In this document: in pieces, positions 8,062 through 17,706 of the stretch
How positions within the stretch are numbered: position 1 is the stretch's first letter
Layout of the letters: every line of letters starts with the position of its first letter
Source: Methanopyrus kandleri AV19
GTDB taxonomy: Archaea > JAADCQ01 > Methanopyri > Methanopyrales > Methanopyraceae
DNA length: 32,000 nucleotides
Reading direction: 5' to 3'
NCBI RefSeq assembly: GCF_000007185.1
Contig: NC_003551.1
Coordinates: 360,001 to 392,000 of the forward strand
The notes under the pieces: generated by a model
What the model was told of the DNA's origin: nothing
What the model saw: only the letters and a program-made list of their open reading frames with translations
Databases searched by the model: none
Made by a program: the position numbers and the translations under genes

Positions 8062-9129
8062 TCACCTCGGCACGTAATCCGGGAACCTTTGCACGACCTC
8101 GACTACGAGCTCGAGGGCGTGTTTCGCATCCTCGAGATCCAGCACCTCCGCCGGCGAGTGTAGGTACCTGGTCGGTATCCCCACTACACCTGTCGGAACG
8201 CCACCTCTGGTTAGGTGAATGGCCGTCGCGTCGGTGGTGCCTCCCTCACCTACCTCGAGCTGATACGGGATGTCCAGCTCCTCCGCGGTGTCTATCAGTA
8301 GCTTTCTCACCTTGGGGTGAGTGATCAGACCCCGACCACTCGCGTCGACTACCGTGATCGCCGGCCCCTTCCCGAGCTTCAGCTCCGCCTCCTTCACTCC
8401 CGGCACGTCACCGGCTACGGCAGTGTCTAGAACTACAGCACCGTCCGGGTAGACCTCGAAGGCGGACGTTTTGGCCCCCTTCAGACCCACCTCCTCCTGG
8501 ACTGTTCCCACCAGGTAAAACGTGGGGTGGTCTCCGTCGAGGTCGGCGAGACGCTCGGCCAGCGCGAGAAGAACGGCGACACCGATCTTGTCGTCGAGAC
8601 CTCGGCCGTTGACCCTCGATCCTACCAGTTCTACGAACTCTCCGGCTAGGACCCCGACATCCCCTACGCTCACGAGTTCCTCAGCCTCCTCCCTGTCTGA
8701 GGCGCCGATATCTATGAACAAGTCCTTGTGCTTGGGCACTTTCCGCCGATCCTTCGGCTCCTGGATGTGCGGAGGCTTGGTCCCGACGACCCCCGGCACC
8801 TTTTCGCCTTCGGAGTTCACGATGATCACGCGTGAGCCCGGTAAGATCCTGTCATCGATACCGCCGAGCTTCGCGAACCGTATGAACCCGTTCTTGTCGA
8901 TGGACTTGACGATGAAACCCACCTCGTCCATGTGGGCGGCTACCATCACCTCGTACTCGGAGCCTTCGATAGTACCGATCACGTTCCCTAAGGTATCTAC
9001 GTGGACATCATCACAGTACTTCTCCAGTGTGGCCTCCACGTACTCGCGGACCTCGTCCTCCCAGCCCGGTGGAGCCACACGGCCGACCAGCTCGCGTAGG
9101 TGTTCCGTGAGGGTTTCGACGGTTCCCAT
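8062..9129 (-). CDS. M42 family (TET/FrvX-type) aminopeptidase
   Basis: 355 aa. M42 metal-ligand motifs AAHMDEVGF, GRGLDDKIG, QEEVGLKGA and RYLHSP. Confidence 0.85.
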   Translation of the reverse strand: MGTVETLTEHLRELVGRVAPPGWEDEVREYVEATLEKYCDDVHVDTLGNVIGTIEGSEYEVMVAAHMDEVGFIVKSIDKNGFIRFAKLGGIDDRILPGSRVIIVNSEGEKVPGVVGTKPPHIQEPKDRRKVPKHKDLFIDIGASDREEAEELVSVGDVGVLAGEFVELVGSRVNGRGLDDKIGVAVLLALAERLADLDGDHPTFYLVGTVQEEVGLKGAKTSAFEVYPDGAVVLDTAVAGDVPGVKEAELKLGKGPAITVVDASGRGLITHPKVRKLLIDTAEELDIPYQLEVGEGGTTDATAIHLTRGGVPTGVVGIPTRYLHSPAEVLDLEDAKHALELVVEVVQRFPDYVPR

Positions 9130-9858
9130 TCAGGGACCCTCCACACTCTCCCTCTCCAGTATTTTGCTCTCGAAATCTCCTTTCGTGATCTCGTTAAGCT
9201 TCTCGAAGAACTCGTCCTGCAGTCCCGCCGGTAAGCGGACTACGGCCACCCAGGCGCCGTCGTACTGCCACTCCTCCCGCTCGATATCGCCGAATTCGCG
9301 CACGACGCCCATAGCCTGTCCGGTGTACTTCGCGGGGATACGGATGGCCACTTTCACTTCCTCAAACTTCATCGGTAGGACCGGACGCAACTGCTTGATG
9401 ACGTCCTTTACCTGCTCCTCGGCACTTTTCATAGGGTCGATGTGAACACCGGCCTCCTCCATGGCCCGCTCGATCCGCTCAGGAGGATGCGGGGCCCCCG
9501 TTCTGGGATCCACCGCACGGCGGGCGATTATGTGGATGATTTTCCGTTTGACCTCTTCCTGCATCCTTCTTCGTTGTTCCGCGGTTAGCTGTATTTCCCC
9601 CTCCTTGATCACGATTTCCGCGACCTTAATGGGATCGGAAGTGCCGAAAAGTTCCTCCATCGCTTGCTCTGAGGCTCTCTCACCCTTCCTAGCGTCACGA
9701 AAGACTTGTTCCACGGCCAGTATCTCCTCAACGTCCACGTCTTCACCTTCCCGGAATTTACGGGCCCCTTCGGGGTCTACGAGTACCTCGAAGCGCTCGC
9801 CTCCCTTCTCCAGACGCGCTACCACGGCGTCTTCTAGACTGACTCGGGCCATCGTCAT
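9130..9858 (-). CDS. ribosome maturation protein SDO1/SBDS homologue
   Basis: 242 aa. N-terminal FYSH-type segment [31 protein letters not shown] overlap with the psmA stop. Confidence 0.9.
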   Translation of the reverse strand: MTMARVSLEDAVVARLEKGGERFEVLVDPEGARKFREGEDVDVEEILAVEQVFRDARKGERASEQAMEELFGTSDPIKVAEIVIKEGEIQLTAEQRRRMQEEVKRKIIHIIARRAVDPRTGAPHPPERIERAMEEAGVHIDPMKSAEEQVKDVIKQLRPVLPMKFEEVKVAIRIPAKYTGQAMGVVREFGDIEREEWQYDGAWVAVVRLPAGLQDEFFEKLNEITKGDFESKILERESVEGP

Positions 9859-10595
9859 TCACCCTCGTCTTCCTCCGAACCGACTACACGTTCAAACATC
9901 TCCTCGATCTTCTTCCGCTCCAACTTCCGGAACCCTTGTTTATCGACGACGGCGATCTCGAGGTTGTCAGCGGTAGTCTCTTCCCGTGAGGCTTCGTACA
10001 GCGCCCGCACCGCGAGCTCGATGGCCTCTTGAAGGGTCATGTCCTCCCGGTATTCCTCTTCGAACACGTCCAACGCTTCCTGTCGACCCTCACCGATCGC
10101 CGTGGCTTTGTGTTCGGTCAGAGCACCGCTGGGATCGGTCTCGAACAGGCGACATCCCTTCGTGTCCACCCCGGCGATCAAAAGCGCGGTTCCGAAGGGT
10201 CGAACTCCTCCATGCTGCGTGTACACCTGCTTGAGGTCGCAGATAGCCTTCACGAGCACGTCCACATCGATCGGCTCACCGTAAGTGTACCGATACGTCT
10301 GTGCCTCGATCCTGGCGCGCTCGACTAACACACGAGCGTCCGCGACGAGCCCCGCCGTAGCCGCTCCAATGTGAGTGTCGATCTGGTAGACTTTCTCTAT
10401 GGACTCGGGCTCGATCAGCTTGGAGGTGACGCGCTTATCGACCCCGAGGACGACACCCTCTTCCACTTTAATCCCCAGAGCCGTAGTGCCACGCTTGACG
10501 GCCTCGCGCGCGTACTCGACCTGGAACAGTCGACCGTCCGGGCTGAAGACGGTGATGGCCCGGTCATACGCCGTCTGAGCGGGTTGCACGGCCAC
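9855..10595 (-). CDS. psmA: proteasome subunit alpha
   Basis: 246 aa. Alpha-subunit signature [20 protein letters not shown]. Confidence 0.95.
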   Translation of the reverse strand: MAVQPAQTAYDRAITVFSPDGRLFQVEYAREAVKRGTTALGIKVEEGVVLGVDKRVTSKLIEPESIEKVYQIDTHIGAATAGLVADARVLVERARIEAQTYRYTYGEPIDVDVLVKAICDLKQVYTQHGGVRPFGTALLIAGVDTKGCRLFETDPSGALTEHKATAIGEGRQEALDVFEEEYREDMTLQEAIELAVRALYEASREETTADNLEIAVVDKQGFRKLERKKIEEMFERVVGSEEDEGE

Positions 10596-11089
10596 TACCC
10601 CCGATTCTCCTCAGGCAGTGGACATTCGAAGCTAGCGAACGCCACTATACGACCATCCTCCACGACGTCGACTTCACCGTTCTCGTACAACACGAACTCG
10701 CGGTTCCCCACCCGCTCACGGTCCCATTTCGGGATTCGAGAGAGGTACCGTTCCGCCCCTTTAATCGTTCCGGAGGTACCGAGAACCTCGATGAAAACAC
10801 GCCCGAGCTTCGGATCCCGACGGTATAAGGATAATGCCGCACGTGCCTCCTCCTCTTGACCCCGTCGCACCCTCAAGATACCCGCGTTGAGATCACGGTA
10901 ACTACGTACGAGCCATGGTCCGATCCGGCCGGTTCCCGTGGGCCCCAGCACCGAAAGTAGAGCCCGAACGACGAGGTCCTTCATCCCCCCGAAGTCCAGC
11001 GCTTCGACGCGCTCCGACCATACCTTGAACGTTACATAACGCCATCTGGGGCGGAGTGCGGAGGACAGACGCACACGCATGTGTTTCAC
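10595..11089 (-). CDS. rnp2: RNase P protein component 2 (Pop5 homologue) with a roughly 48-aa C-terminal extension
   Basis: [12 protein letters not shown]...[17 protein letters not shown]...[15 protein letters not shown] is the Pop5 fold pattern. GTGA overlap with the rnp3 stop. Confidence 0.8.
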   Translation of the reverse strand: MKHMRVRLSSALRPRWRYVTFKVWSERVEALDFGGMKDLVVRALLSVLGPTGTGRIGPWLVRSYRDLNAGILRVRRGQEEEARAALSLYRRDPKLGRVFIEVLGTSGTIKGAERYLSRIPKWDRERVGNREFVLYENGEVDVVEDGRIVAFASFECPLPEENRG

Positions 11090-11820
11090 CCCAGTGAGAC
11101 GACGCCTGGCACTGTGAAAACGTGCTTACACGCCGCGTTCCACCGGAGGATTTCCCTGGGAGCCTCGACACACATCTCCTTCACCTCGCTATCTTCAAAC
11201 CCCATAAGTTTCAGGAGATCCTCCACCTGCTTCGGTCTGATCAATTCCAGTGGATCACGTGCGCCCAGCGCCACGGTCGTCGGAAACCGTTTCCTACGGC
11301 GCAAGCGTAAGAGATCGCGAATTCGAGAGACCTGCCACGCGAGTCGCTCGCCCTCCCGTCGGAACAGTCTCGATAGGTCGATCTCCACGTAAGTCCACTT
11401 CTCCCGTGCCAGCTCGATCTCGTACTTACCCAAACCAGCGTGGGGATTACCGCGCTCTGGATGTGATAGCAGATCCACCCTAGTATCGGAGACAGCAGCT
11501 CGATTGATTTTAGGGTCGCCGCCGCCGACGGCGAGTAAGTACACGAGGGGTCGTGTTCGGCGGATCGCTCTACGGAGAGCCCCCGCAGACTCCGCCTCCA
11601 ATTTGCAGCCGGGTAGGACGAGCACGCTCTCAACGTGTTCACGGATATCCCGGATCTCCTCGATGAGCCACCTCAGATCGTCAATATTCAGACGCTCTGC
11701 TTCCAGCTCCAGACAGAGGACGGCGATCTCGTAGTCCAAACGCTCGGCGGCCAGAGCCATCCTCAGGGGGTCTACCTCGTCGACGTGAACTCGAAGGGCG
11801 AAGTTCTCGGAAACCCTCAA
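11086..11820 (-). CDS. rnp3: RNase P protein component 3 (Rpp30 homologue, PHP/TIM-barrel type)
   Basis: 244 aa. Conserved position upstream of Pop5. TTGA overlap with the preceding gene. Family call rests on length, position and general pattern, not on a strict motif. Confidence 0.75.
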   Translation of the reverse strand: MRVSENFALRVHVDEVDPLRMALAAERLDYEIAVLCLELEAERLNIDDLRWLIEEIRDIREHVESVLVLPGCKLEAESAGALRRAIRRTRPLVYLLAVGGGDPKINRAAVSDTRVDLLSHPERGNPHAGLGKYEIELAREKWTYVEIDLSRLFRREGERLAWQVSRIRDLLRLRRRKRFPTTVALGARDPLELIRPKQVEDLLKLMGFEDSEVKEMCVEAPREILRWNAACKHVFTVPGVVSLG

Positions 11821-12278
11821 TCGTTGGAGAAGATACCGAGCCGCTCTAGCGTCTTTATGCCCCCCTCGCGGCTCGCAGGGTAGCTCTCCAGGTTGACTTT
11901 CACCCTGATCACATCGTCTGCGTCCGATATCCGCAGCTCCCCCTTGTAGGCGCTCTGCTTGTCGAAGCGCAGGTAGAGGTTGCCCTTGTCGTCTACTCGC
12001 CGCTCGATGTCACTCCACACGCGCCTCCGCTCCTCCTCCGGTATGTTCTCACGCCAGTGTTCCAGAACTCGCTCGATGTACTTCGGTCTGTCGATCTTGA
12101 CTTGAAAGATGGTGATCGGGTTCCCGTGGTGTCCCTCCGCGTAGAACGTCTCGGGCTCGACGTCTCCCTCCTCGAGGACACCACCTAATACGTTCGCCAA
12201 CGCCTCGAGAACTTTCTTCTCGTCCTCAGTAGCGTGGGCGATCACGCGGGCCGAGATACTGTTGACGGGGAGAGTCAA
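11817..12278 (-). CDS. DUF54/COG1325-type predicted RNA-binding protein of the exosome superoperon
   Basis: 153 aa. N-terminal beta-strand plus the HATEDEKKVLEAL signature. Conserved position between rpl15e and rnp3. Confidence 0.6.
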   Translation of the reverse strand: MTLPVNSISARVIAHATEDEKKVLEALANVLGGVLEEGDVEPETFYAEGHHGNPITIFQVKIDRPKYIERVLEHWRENIPEEERRRVWSDIERRVDDKGNLYLRFDKQSAYKGELRISDADDVIRVKVNLESYPASREGGIKTLERLGIFSND

Positions 12279-12311
12279 GGTACGACCCCGATGAGGGCGC
12301 GGCGAAGGGGA

Positions 12312-12890
12312 TCACTTACCGCGCCTCCTGTGGGCCCGAAGGCTCGGTCTGACTTTCTCGGCACCCTTACCGCGCTTCCGCAGTCCTCGAGCCTTCTTGC
12401 CCGCCCCGGTCTTACCACGGAACACGCGTCCTTTCTGGGACTTCTGACAGATCCAGTTAATGCGGTGGTCGCTCTTGATCTGCGGGTGATACGGGTCTAC
12501 CATTATCACCTCATAGTACTTGTACTGACCGTCCTCACCGACCCAGTAGGAATTGAGCACCTCCAGGTTCGGGTACTTACGCTGGGCGCGCTCCTCGGCT
12601 ATCCACTGCTTGCTCTTGCCCGGTGAGAACTTGTTCTTACCCATACGCTTGGGACGACGACCCTTCTTCGGTCTCGACTTGCGACGACCTCCCTTGGGTA
12701 CGCGTACGCGGACGACCACGTAGCCGGGCTTGGCTCGGTACCCGAGTCGACGTGCTCGCTCGATTCTCGTCGGACGCTTAATACGCTGGACCGACGGTCC
12801 CTTACGCCACTTCGGGAGACGCTCCTTCAACAGCTCTCCGACGTAAGAGTCCTTGGGTCGCTTCCACGCCTCCCGCTGGTACTTGTACAT
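12312..12890 (-). CDS. rpl15e: 50S ribosomal protein L15e
   Basis: [13 protein letters not shown]...[29 protein letters not shown]. Start set to ATG 12890, which has a GGGGTGGA RBS 10 nt upstream. The listed ORF starts at GTG 12926. Confidence 0.9.
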   Translation of the reverse strand: MYKYQREAWKRPKDSYVGELLKERLPKWRKGPSVQRIKRPTRIERARRLGYRAKPGYVVVRVRVPKGGRRKSRPKKGRRPKRMGKNKFSPGKSKQWIAEERAQRKYPNLEVLNSYWVGEDGQYKYYEVIMVDPYHPQIKSDHRINWICQKSQKGRVFRGKTGAGKKARGLRKRGKGAEKVRPSLRAHRRRGK

Positions 12891-12969
12891 CGACACGGCA
12901 TCCACCCCTTCGCGGCCGGCCCACACCGACTTAAGAGTTTACCGTGAAGGATCATCCACGGGTTGACGC

Positions 12970-13710
12970 CTATGGGGACGAGCCTTCCTCGATCTCCTCG
13001 AGGGTCTCGGCCACCAGCTGTCTGACGGCGTCTCGCCCCTCTCGAACCCTGGTGAGGAAGATCTCGGAGGGCCCGACGCGTCTTAGGACCTCTTCGACTA
13101 GCTCGTCGGTAGGCTCCACGTCGAGCTCCCTAAGCCGAGCCCTGACCACGTTACGGGCTGCCTTGATCACTTCGGTGGCGAACTCGGCGTCGGACCGATC
13201 TGCAAGGTGCACGATGAGGGCTTCCGGTGTGTTCGGAGGTACCGGAGATCCGCGACCGTGATGTGCGGCCACCGCGTGGATGAGTTCCACCGGCGCACCT
13301 CGAGCGTACAGCTCCGCCGCGATCAGTGTGAGGTGGTCCAATCGACGTCCGAAGTCGGAGATCTTGTACCGCTCCTCGCGCCGCTCGTAGGACGTCGCCT
13401 TACCCAAGTCGTGGAGTATCGCGGCCGCGATCACGAGGTCACGGTCCACCTCCAACCCGTAGATTTCCTCGAATACCTCGGCCATCGCGAGGGCGAGTTT
13501 GGTTGTTGCCACTGTGTGTTCGAGCAATCCCCCTGGGTAAGAATGATGTTGTCTGCGGCTAGCCGGAGCCTCCTCGACGGGCTCGGGATCGGGTACTTCT
13601 TCGTGGGCGAACCCCTCTTCCAAAACCTTCATAACGAGTTCTCGCAGGCCCTCGTCTTCGATACTTTCGACGAGCTCCTTCAGCTTCAGTTTCAACTCCT
13701 CGGTCCTCAA
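12970..13710 (-). CDS. HD-domain metal-dependent phosphohydrolase
   Basis: 246 aa. [12 protein letters not shown] and AAILHDLGK (H...HD) motifs, then HHGRG. Confidence 0.75.
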   Translation of the reverse strand: MRTEELKLKLKELVESIEDEGLRELVMKVLEEGFAHEEVPDPEPVEEAPASRRQHHSYPGGLLEHTVATTKLALAMAEVFEEIYGLEVDRDLVIAAAILHDLGKATSYERREERYKISDFGRRLDHLTLIAAELYARGAPVELIHAVAAHHGRGSPVPPNTPEALIVHLADRSDAEFATEVIKAARNVVRARLRELDVEPTDELVEEVLRRVGPSEIFLTRVREGRDAVRQLVAETLEEIEEGSSP

Positions 13711-13773
13711 GCTCGTCTCCCCTCGGGGGCTCGAAAATGGTCGAGGGGACTTCCTTTCTGCTGGGAGCGTAGG

Positions 13774-15273
13774 TTGCCCGATCGGGTACGGATCTTCGAC
13801 ACGACGCTAAGAGACGGTGAGCAGACACCGGGCGTCAGCCTCACGGTGGAGGAAAAGGTCGAGATCGCGAGGAAGTTGGACGAGTTCGGCGTGGATACCA
13901 TCGAAGCGGGCTTCCCCGTAGCCAGTGAGGGTGAGTTCGAGGCAGTGAGGGCGATAGCAGGCGAGGAACTGGACGCGGAGATATGCGGGTTGGCCAGGTG
14001 CGTGAAGGGGGACATAGACGCGGCGATCGACGCCGACGTGGACTGCGTGCACGTGTTCATAGCCACGTCGGACATCCACCTCAGATACAAGTTGGAGATG
14101 TCCCGGGAAGAGGCATTGGAGCGTGCCATAGAGGGCGTGGAGTATGCCAGTGACCACGGAGTCACCGTGGAGTTCTCCGCGGAGGACGCCACACGGACGG
14201 ACCGGGACTACCTACTCGAGGTCTATAAAGCTACCGTGGAAGCCGGCGCGGATCGTGTCAACGTCCCGGATACTGTGGGAGTTATGACCCCTCCCGAGAT
14301 GTATCGACTGACGGCGGAAGTTGTCGACGCCGTAGACGTGCCGGTCAGCGTGCACTGCCACAACGACTTCGGCATGGCCGTGGCCAACTCATTGGCCGCC
14401 GTCGAAGCCGGGGCTGAACAGGTTCATGTGACCGTGAACGGGATCGGCGAGCGTGCCGGTAACGCCTCGCTGGAACAGGTCGTAATGGCCCTCAAAGCGC
14501 TGTACGATATCGAGTTGGACGTGAGGACCGAGATGCTCGTCGAGCTCTCACGGCTCGTGGAGCGACTGACGGGCGTCGTAGTACCGCCGAACACCCCGAT
14601 AGTCGGCGAGAACGCCTTCGCCCACGAGTCGGGGATTCACTCCCACGGCGTGATCAAGAAGGCGGAGACGTACGAACCTATACGGCCCGAGGACGTCGGT
14701 CATAGACGGCGTATAGTACTAGGTAAGCACGCCGGTCGGCACGCGATCAAGAAGAAGCTCGAGGAGATGGGGATCGAGGTCACGGAGGAACAACTCGACG
14801 AGATCGTTCGGCGCGTCAAGGAGCTCGGGGATAAGGGCAAGCGCGTCACCGAAGACGATCTTGAAGCCATAGCCCGAGACGTCGTCGGCGAGGTACCCGA
14901 GTCCGAAGCTGCGGTCAAGCTGGAAGAGATCGCCGTGATGACCGGGAACAAATTCACGCCGACGGCGTCGGTCCGTGTGTACCTGGACGGTGAAGAGCAC
15001 GAAGCGGCATCGACCGGTGTGGGCTCCGTTGACGCGGCGATACGGGCACTGCGCGAAGCGATCGAGGAGCTCGGTATGGACGTGGAGCTGAAGGAGTACC
15101 GCCTAGAGGCCATCACCGGGGGCACCGACGCCCTCGCCGAGGTCACGGTGAGGTTGGAGGACGAGGACGGGAACGTCACCACGGCCCGCGGTGCCGCCGA
15201 GGATATCGTGATGGCCAGCGTGAAGGCGTTCGTTCGGGGCGTGAATCGGCTGGCACGTCGACGTAGGGACTAA
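13774..15273 (+). CDS. leuA: 2-isopropylmalate synthase / (R)-citramalate synthase family enzyme
   Basis: Start placed at TTG 13774 ([17 protein letters not shown]). Motifs [12 protein letters not shown] and [12 protein letters not shown], plus a C-terminal LeuA-dimer regulatory domain. [15 protein letters not shown] looks more LeuA-like than CimA-like, but the two cannot be separated by eye. Confidence 0.85.
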   Translation: MPDRVRIFDTTLRDGEQTPGVSLTVEEKVEIARKLDEFGVDTIEAGFPVASEGEFEAVRAIAGEELDAEICGLARCVKGDIDAAIDADVDCVHVFIATSDIHLRYKLEMSREEALERAIEGVEYASDHGVTVEFSAEDATRTDRDYLLEVYKATVEAGADRVNVPDTVGVMTPPEMYRLTAEVVDAVDVPVSVHCHNDFGMAVANSLAAVEAGAEQVHVTVNGIGERAGNASLEQVVMALKALYDIELDVRTEMLVELSRLVERLTGVVVPPNTPIVGENAFAHESGIHSHGVIKKAETYEPIRPEDVGHRRRIVLGKHAGRHAIKKKLEEMGIEVTEEQLDEIVRRVKELGDKGKRVTEDDLEAIARDVVGEVPESEAAVKLEEIAVMTGNKFTPTASVRVYLDGEEHEAASTGVGSVDAAIRALREAIEELGMDVELKEYRLEAITGGTDALAEVTVRLEDEDGNVTTARGAAEDIVMASVKAFVRGVNRLARRRRD

Positions 15274-16295
15274 CGCGTCGGGTCCTCCAACCCTAACTCT
15301 TCCGCCACTTCTCGAACGGCACGCACCGATCCTTCCGGGAGCTCGATACCCTCCCGAAGTGCGCGTTCTCGGCGTCGGAACTCCGGCTCTCCCGGAAGGA
15401 GAACATCATCTCCGGCGGATTTAACTTGCGATATCAACCTTTCAAGCCGCTCGTAGTATTCATGCTCATCGACCAAGGTCGACAGGTCGAGCGCCACGAA
15501 CACATCACCCTTGTTGCACGGAACCGTGGGATCAGTAGTCCCCTGAACATCCTTCCCGGCGGCAGCCCCGACGACGGGACCCGCCAGCACCTCGAGTGCC
15601 AAGCACAGGGCGTACCCCTTGTGTCCCCCGAACGGTAGTAGTGCCCCTTCGAGGGCCTCCTCGGGATCCGTGGTGGGCTCTCCGTCGGGCCCTACGGCCC
15701 AGTCCTGAGGTATCTCCCTGTTCTCTCGCAACGCCTGAAGGATCTTCCCCCTCGCGACCACGCTCGTGGCCATATCGACGACGATAGGTGGACCGTCCCT
15801 ACGAGGGAACGCGATGGATACCGGATTGGTTCCTAGCACAGGTTGGGAGCCACCGTAAGGGGCGACCGCGGGTTCCGTCCCGCAGGTCGTGAATCCGATG
15901 AACCCCCGTTCGGCGACCAGCGTCGTGTAGTACCCGGCGATCCCGTAGTGAGACGCGTTACGAACAGCCACCATACCTAATCCGTGCTTCCGGGCGAGTT
16001 CGACGGCCTCCAGTGTTGCCCGATACCCGACGACGTGTCCCAGCGAATGATCGGCGTCGTAGAGTACGACCGAGGACTTCCTGGAGATTTCCTCTATCCT
16101 CATCTCGGGACGGATTGCGCCCCTCTTGATCCCTTCGATATAACCAGGCAACCTCAGGACGCCGTGGGAGTGGAATCCGCGAAGGTCTCCCTCCACGATG
16201 ACTTCGGCGGCGGTCCGAGCGTCTTTACGCGGCACGCCGACGGCGTGGAGAGCTTCACTGACGAAGTCCGTCAAATCCTCAGGCCGTATTTTCAA
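15270..16295 (-). CDS. comC: L-sulfolactate dehydrogenase (Ldh_2 family malate/sulfolactate dehydrogenase)
   Basis: 341 aa. Ldh_2 pattern [20 protein letters not shown]. Lies immediately downstream of comE (3-nt spacer). Confidence 0.8.
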   Translation of the reverse strand: MKIRPEDLTDFVSEALHAVGVPRKDARTAAEVIVEGDLRGFHSHGVLRLPGYIEGIKRGAIRPEMRIEEISRKSSVVLYDADHSLGHVVGYRATLEAVELARKHGLGMVAVRNASHYGIAGYYTTLVAERGFIGFTTCGTEPAVAPYGGSQPVLGTNPVSIAFPRRDGPPIVVDMATSVVARGKILQALRENREIPQDWAVGPDGEPTTDPEEALEGALLPFGGHKGYALCLALEVLAGPVVGAAAGKDVQGTTDPTVPCNKGDVFVALDLSTLVDEHEYYERLERLISQVKSAGDDVLLPGEPEFRRRERALREGIELPEGSVRAVREVAEELGLEDPTR

Positions 16296-16298
16296 CGA

Positions 16299-16865
16299 TC
16301 ATCCCTCCCGCAGCGCTCGAACGAACCGCACCTTGATCTCCTCCGGATCCAAATCTATTAAGGGAACGTCAGCGTTTCCAGGCTCGACCTCTAGCCTTAC
16401 CATACGAGGACCTTCCGTCGCGAGCGCATCTTCTAAGGCTACTTCAGCGGACTCGGGTTCGGAGGCCTCGAAGTACGTCAACCCATGGGCCTCAGCCACC
16501 TTCTCCCAATCGATGCGATCGGACGGCGTAGGCTGATCGCCTGTAGTGGCGTACGTGGAGTTGTCGATGAGCACGAGGGTATAGTTACGCGGTCTCTCTT
16601 GAGCGATCGTAGGGAGAACCCCCATGTTCATCATAAGACCGCCGTCTCCTTCGATCGCCAGTACCTCCCGATCGGTACAGAGCGCCAGTCCGAGACCGAC
16701 CGAGCAGGACTGACCCATCGCCCCCAACATGTAGAAGTTGAGGCGCCGGTCGTTAACACGGTAGAGCTCCCGGGCCGGGAAACCCAGGTGGACCGTCACT
16801 ACGGCATCGTACCGCTCGGCCACGTCGGCAACTACTCTCAGAGCTTCAATTCGCTTCATGCCCAT
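16299..16865 (-). CDS. comE: sulfopyruvate decarboxylase subunit beta (TPP diphosphate-binding half)
   Basis: Start at ATG 16865 or 16859 (MGMKRIEAL...). TPP motif EGDGGLMMNMG...N. The upstream 99 codons of the listed ORF are antisense to comA. Confidence 0.85.
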   Translation of the reverse strand: MGMKRIEALRVVADVAERYDAVVTVHLGFPARELYRVNDRRLNFYMLGAMGQSCSVGLGLALCTDREVLAIEGDGGLMMNMGVLPTIAQERPRNYTLVLIDNSTYATTGDQPTPSDRIDWEKVAEAHGLTYFEASEPESAEVALEDALATEGPRMVRLEVEPGNADVPLIDLDPEEIKVRFVRALREG

Positions 16866-16932
16866 CGACCCCGCGTCGCCCGGTCCCGAATACACTAAAG
16901 CCGTTCCCCCCGGATCGGCCGGAGGGCGCCCG

Positions 16933-17703
16933 GTGAAGGCGTTCGAGAAGTCCGTGAAGATTCCCAAGGTGGACGGCGCGACGGTCATGCTGGACAAGGG
17001 ATTGACACCCGAGTTCGTGGAATCGTTCCTGAAAGTCGCCGGAGAGTACGTGACGGCCGTCAAGCTGGGATGGGGCACGGCCCGGCTCATCGACAAGGAG
17101 ATCGTCGCGCGAAAGGTCGAGATGTACGTGGATGCGGGGCTGGACGTGTTCCCGGGAGGCACCCTGGCCGAGATAGCGATTGCTCAGGGTAACTTCGAGG
17201 GGTACTTGAACGAGCTCGATGAGCTGGGATTCAACGCGATCGAGATCTCAGACGGTATGATCCCAATGTCCATCGAGAAGAAGTGCGAGCTCATCGAGCG
17301 GGCGTGCGAGCAGGGTTTCACCGTCTACGCCGAGGAAGGTAAGAAGAGAGACGAGGAGTACTCCGTGCTTTCGCCATCCGACATCGTGGGGCGCATGAAC
17401 AAGTGCGTGGAGGCCGGTGCCGAGTACGTGATCGTCGAGGCCAGAGAAAGCGGTAAGCACGGTCCGATGGGAGCGGAGAAGAGGGAGCGCGTGCGCGTAC
17501 TCTCGGAGATCGTTAAGGGAGTCGGGATTCAGCGCGTGATGTTCGAGGCTCCGGAGAAGGAGCAGCAGTTCGAGCTGATCGTCAAGTTCGGTCCTGAGGT
17601 CAACATCGCGAACGTCCCGCCGGAGGAGGTGATACCGCTAGCCACACTGCGGGCGGGTCTCAGAGCGGAGACCATGGGCCGGGTCGCGCTGGACGGGGAA
17701 TGA
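16933..17703 (+). CDS. comA: phosphosulfolactate synthase
   Basis: Start at GTG 16933 (VKAFEKSV...). Collinear with the M. jannaschii ComA as I recall it (MLDKGL.P.FVE..LKV.G.Y...VK.GWGT, EISDG, VI.EARESGK, FEAP.K.QQ). Confidence 0.85.
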   Translation: MKAFEKSVKIPKVDGATVMLDKGLTPEFVESFLKVAGEYVTAVKLGWGTARLIDKEIVARKVEMYVDAGLDVFPGGTLAEIAIAQGNFEGYLNELDELGFNAIEISDGMIPMSIEKKCELIERACEQGFTVYAEEGKKRDEEYSVLSPSDIVGRMNKCVEAGAEYVIVEARESGKHGPMGAEKRERVRVLSEIVKGVGIQRVMFEAPEKEQQFELIVKFGPEVNIANVPPEEVIPLATLRAGLRAETMGRVALDGE

Positions 17704-17706
17704 CGC

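Noticed and set aside
8522-9445. 307-aa plus-strand ORF, the longest unannotated ORF in the track
   Set aside because: It is entirely antisense to the M42 peptidase and SBDS genes, both of which have clear family motifs. Its product is S/T/P/R-rich low-complexity sequence, as expected from the reverse frame of a GC-rich gene.
12891-12926. GTG 12926 as the start of rpl15e (12 extra codons [12 protein letters not shown])
   Set aside because: L15e family N-termini begin at the ..YKY.. segment. ATG 12890 has a GGGGTGGA RBS 10 nt upstream, and that RBS would lie inside the extension.
13207-13773. 189-codon N-terminal extension of the leuA/cimA ORF (listed as 688 aa)
   Set aside because: The extension is antisense to the HD-domain gene and has no synthase homology. 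The family N-terminus ([13 protein letters not shown]) begins right after TTG 13774.
16866-17162. 99-codon N-terminal extension of the comE ORF, and the first 25 codons of the comA ORF (16858-16932)
   Set aside because: Each extension runs antisense into the other gene and is S/T/P-rich. Recalled M. jannaschii ComA and ComE N-termini align with the internal starts (GTG 16933; ATG 16865 or 16859).
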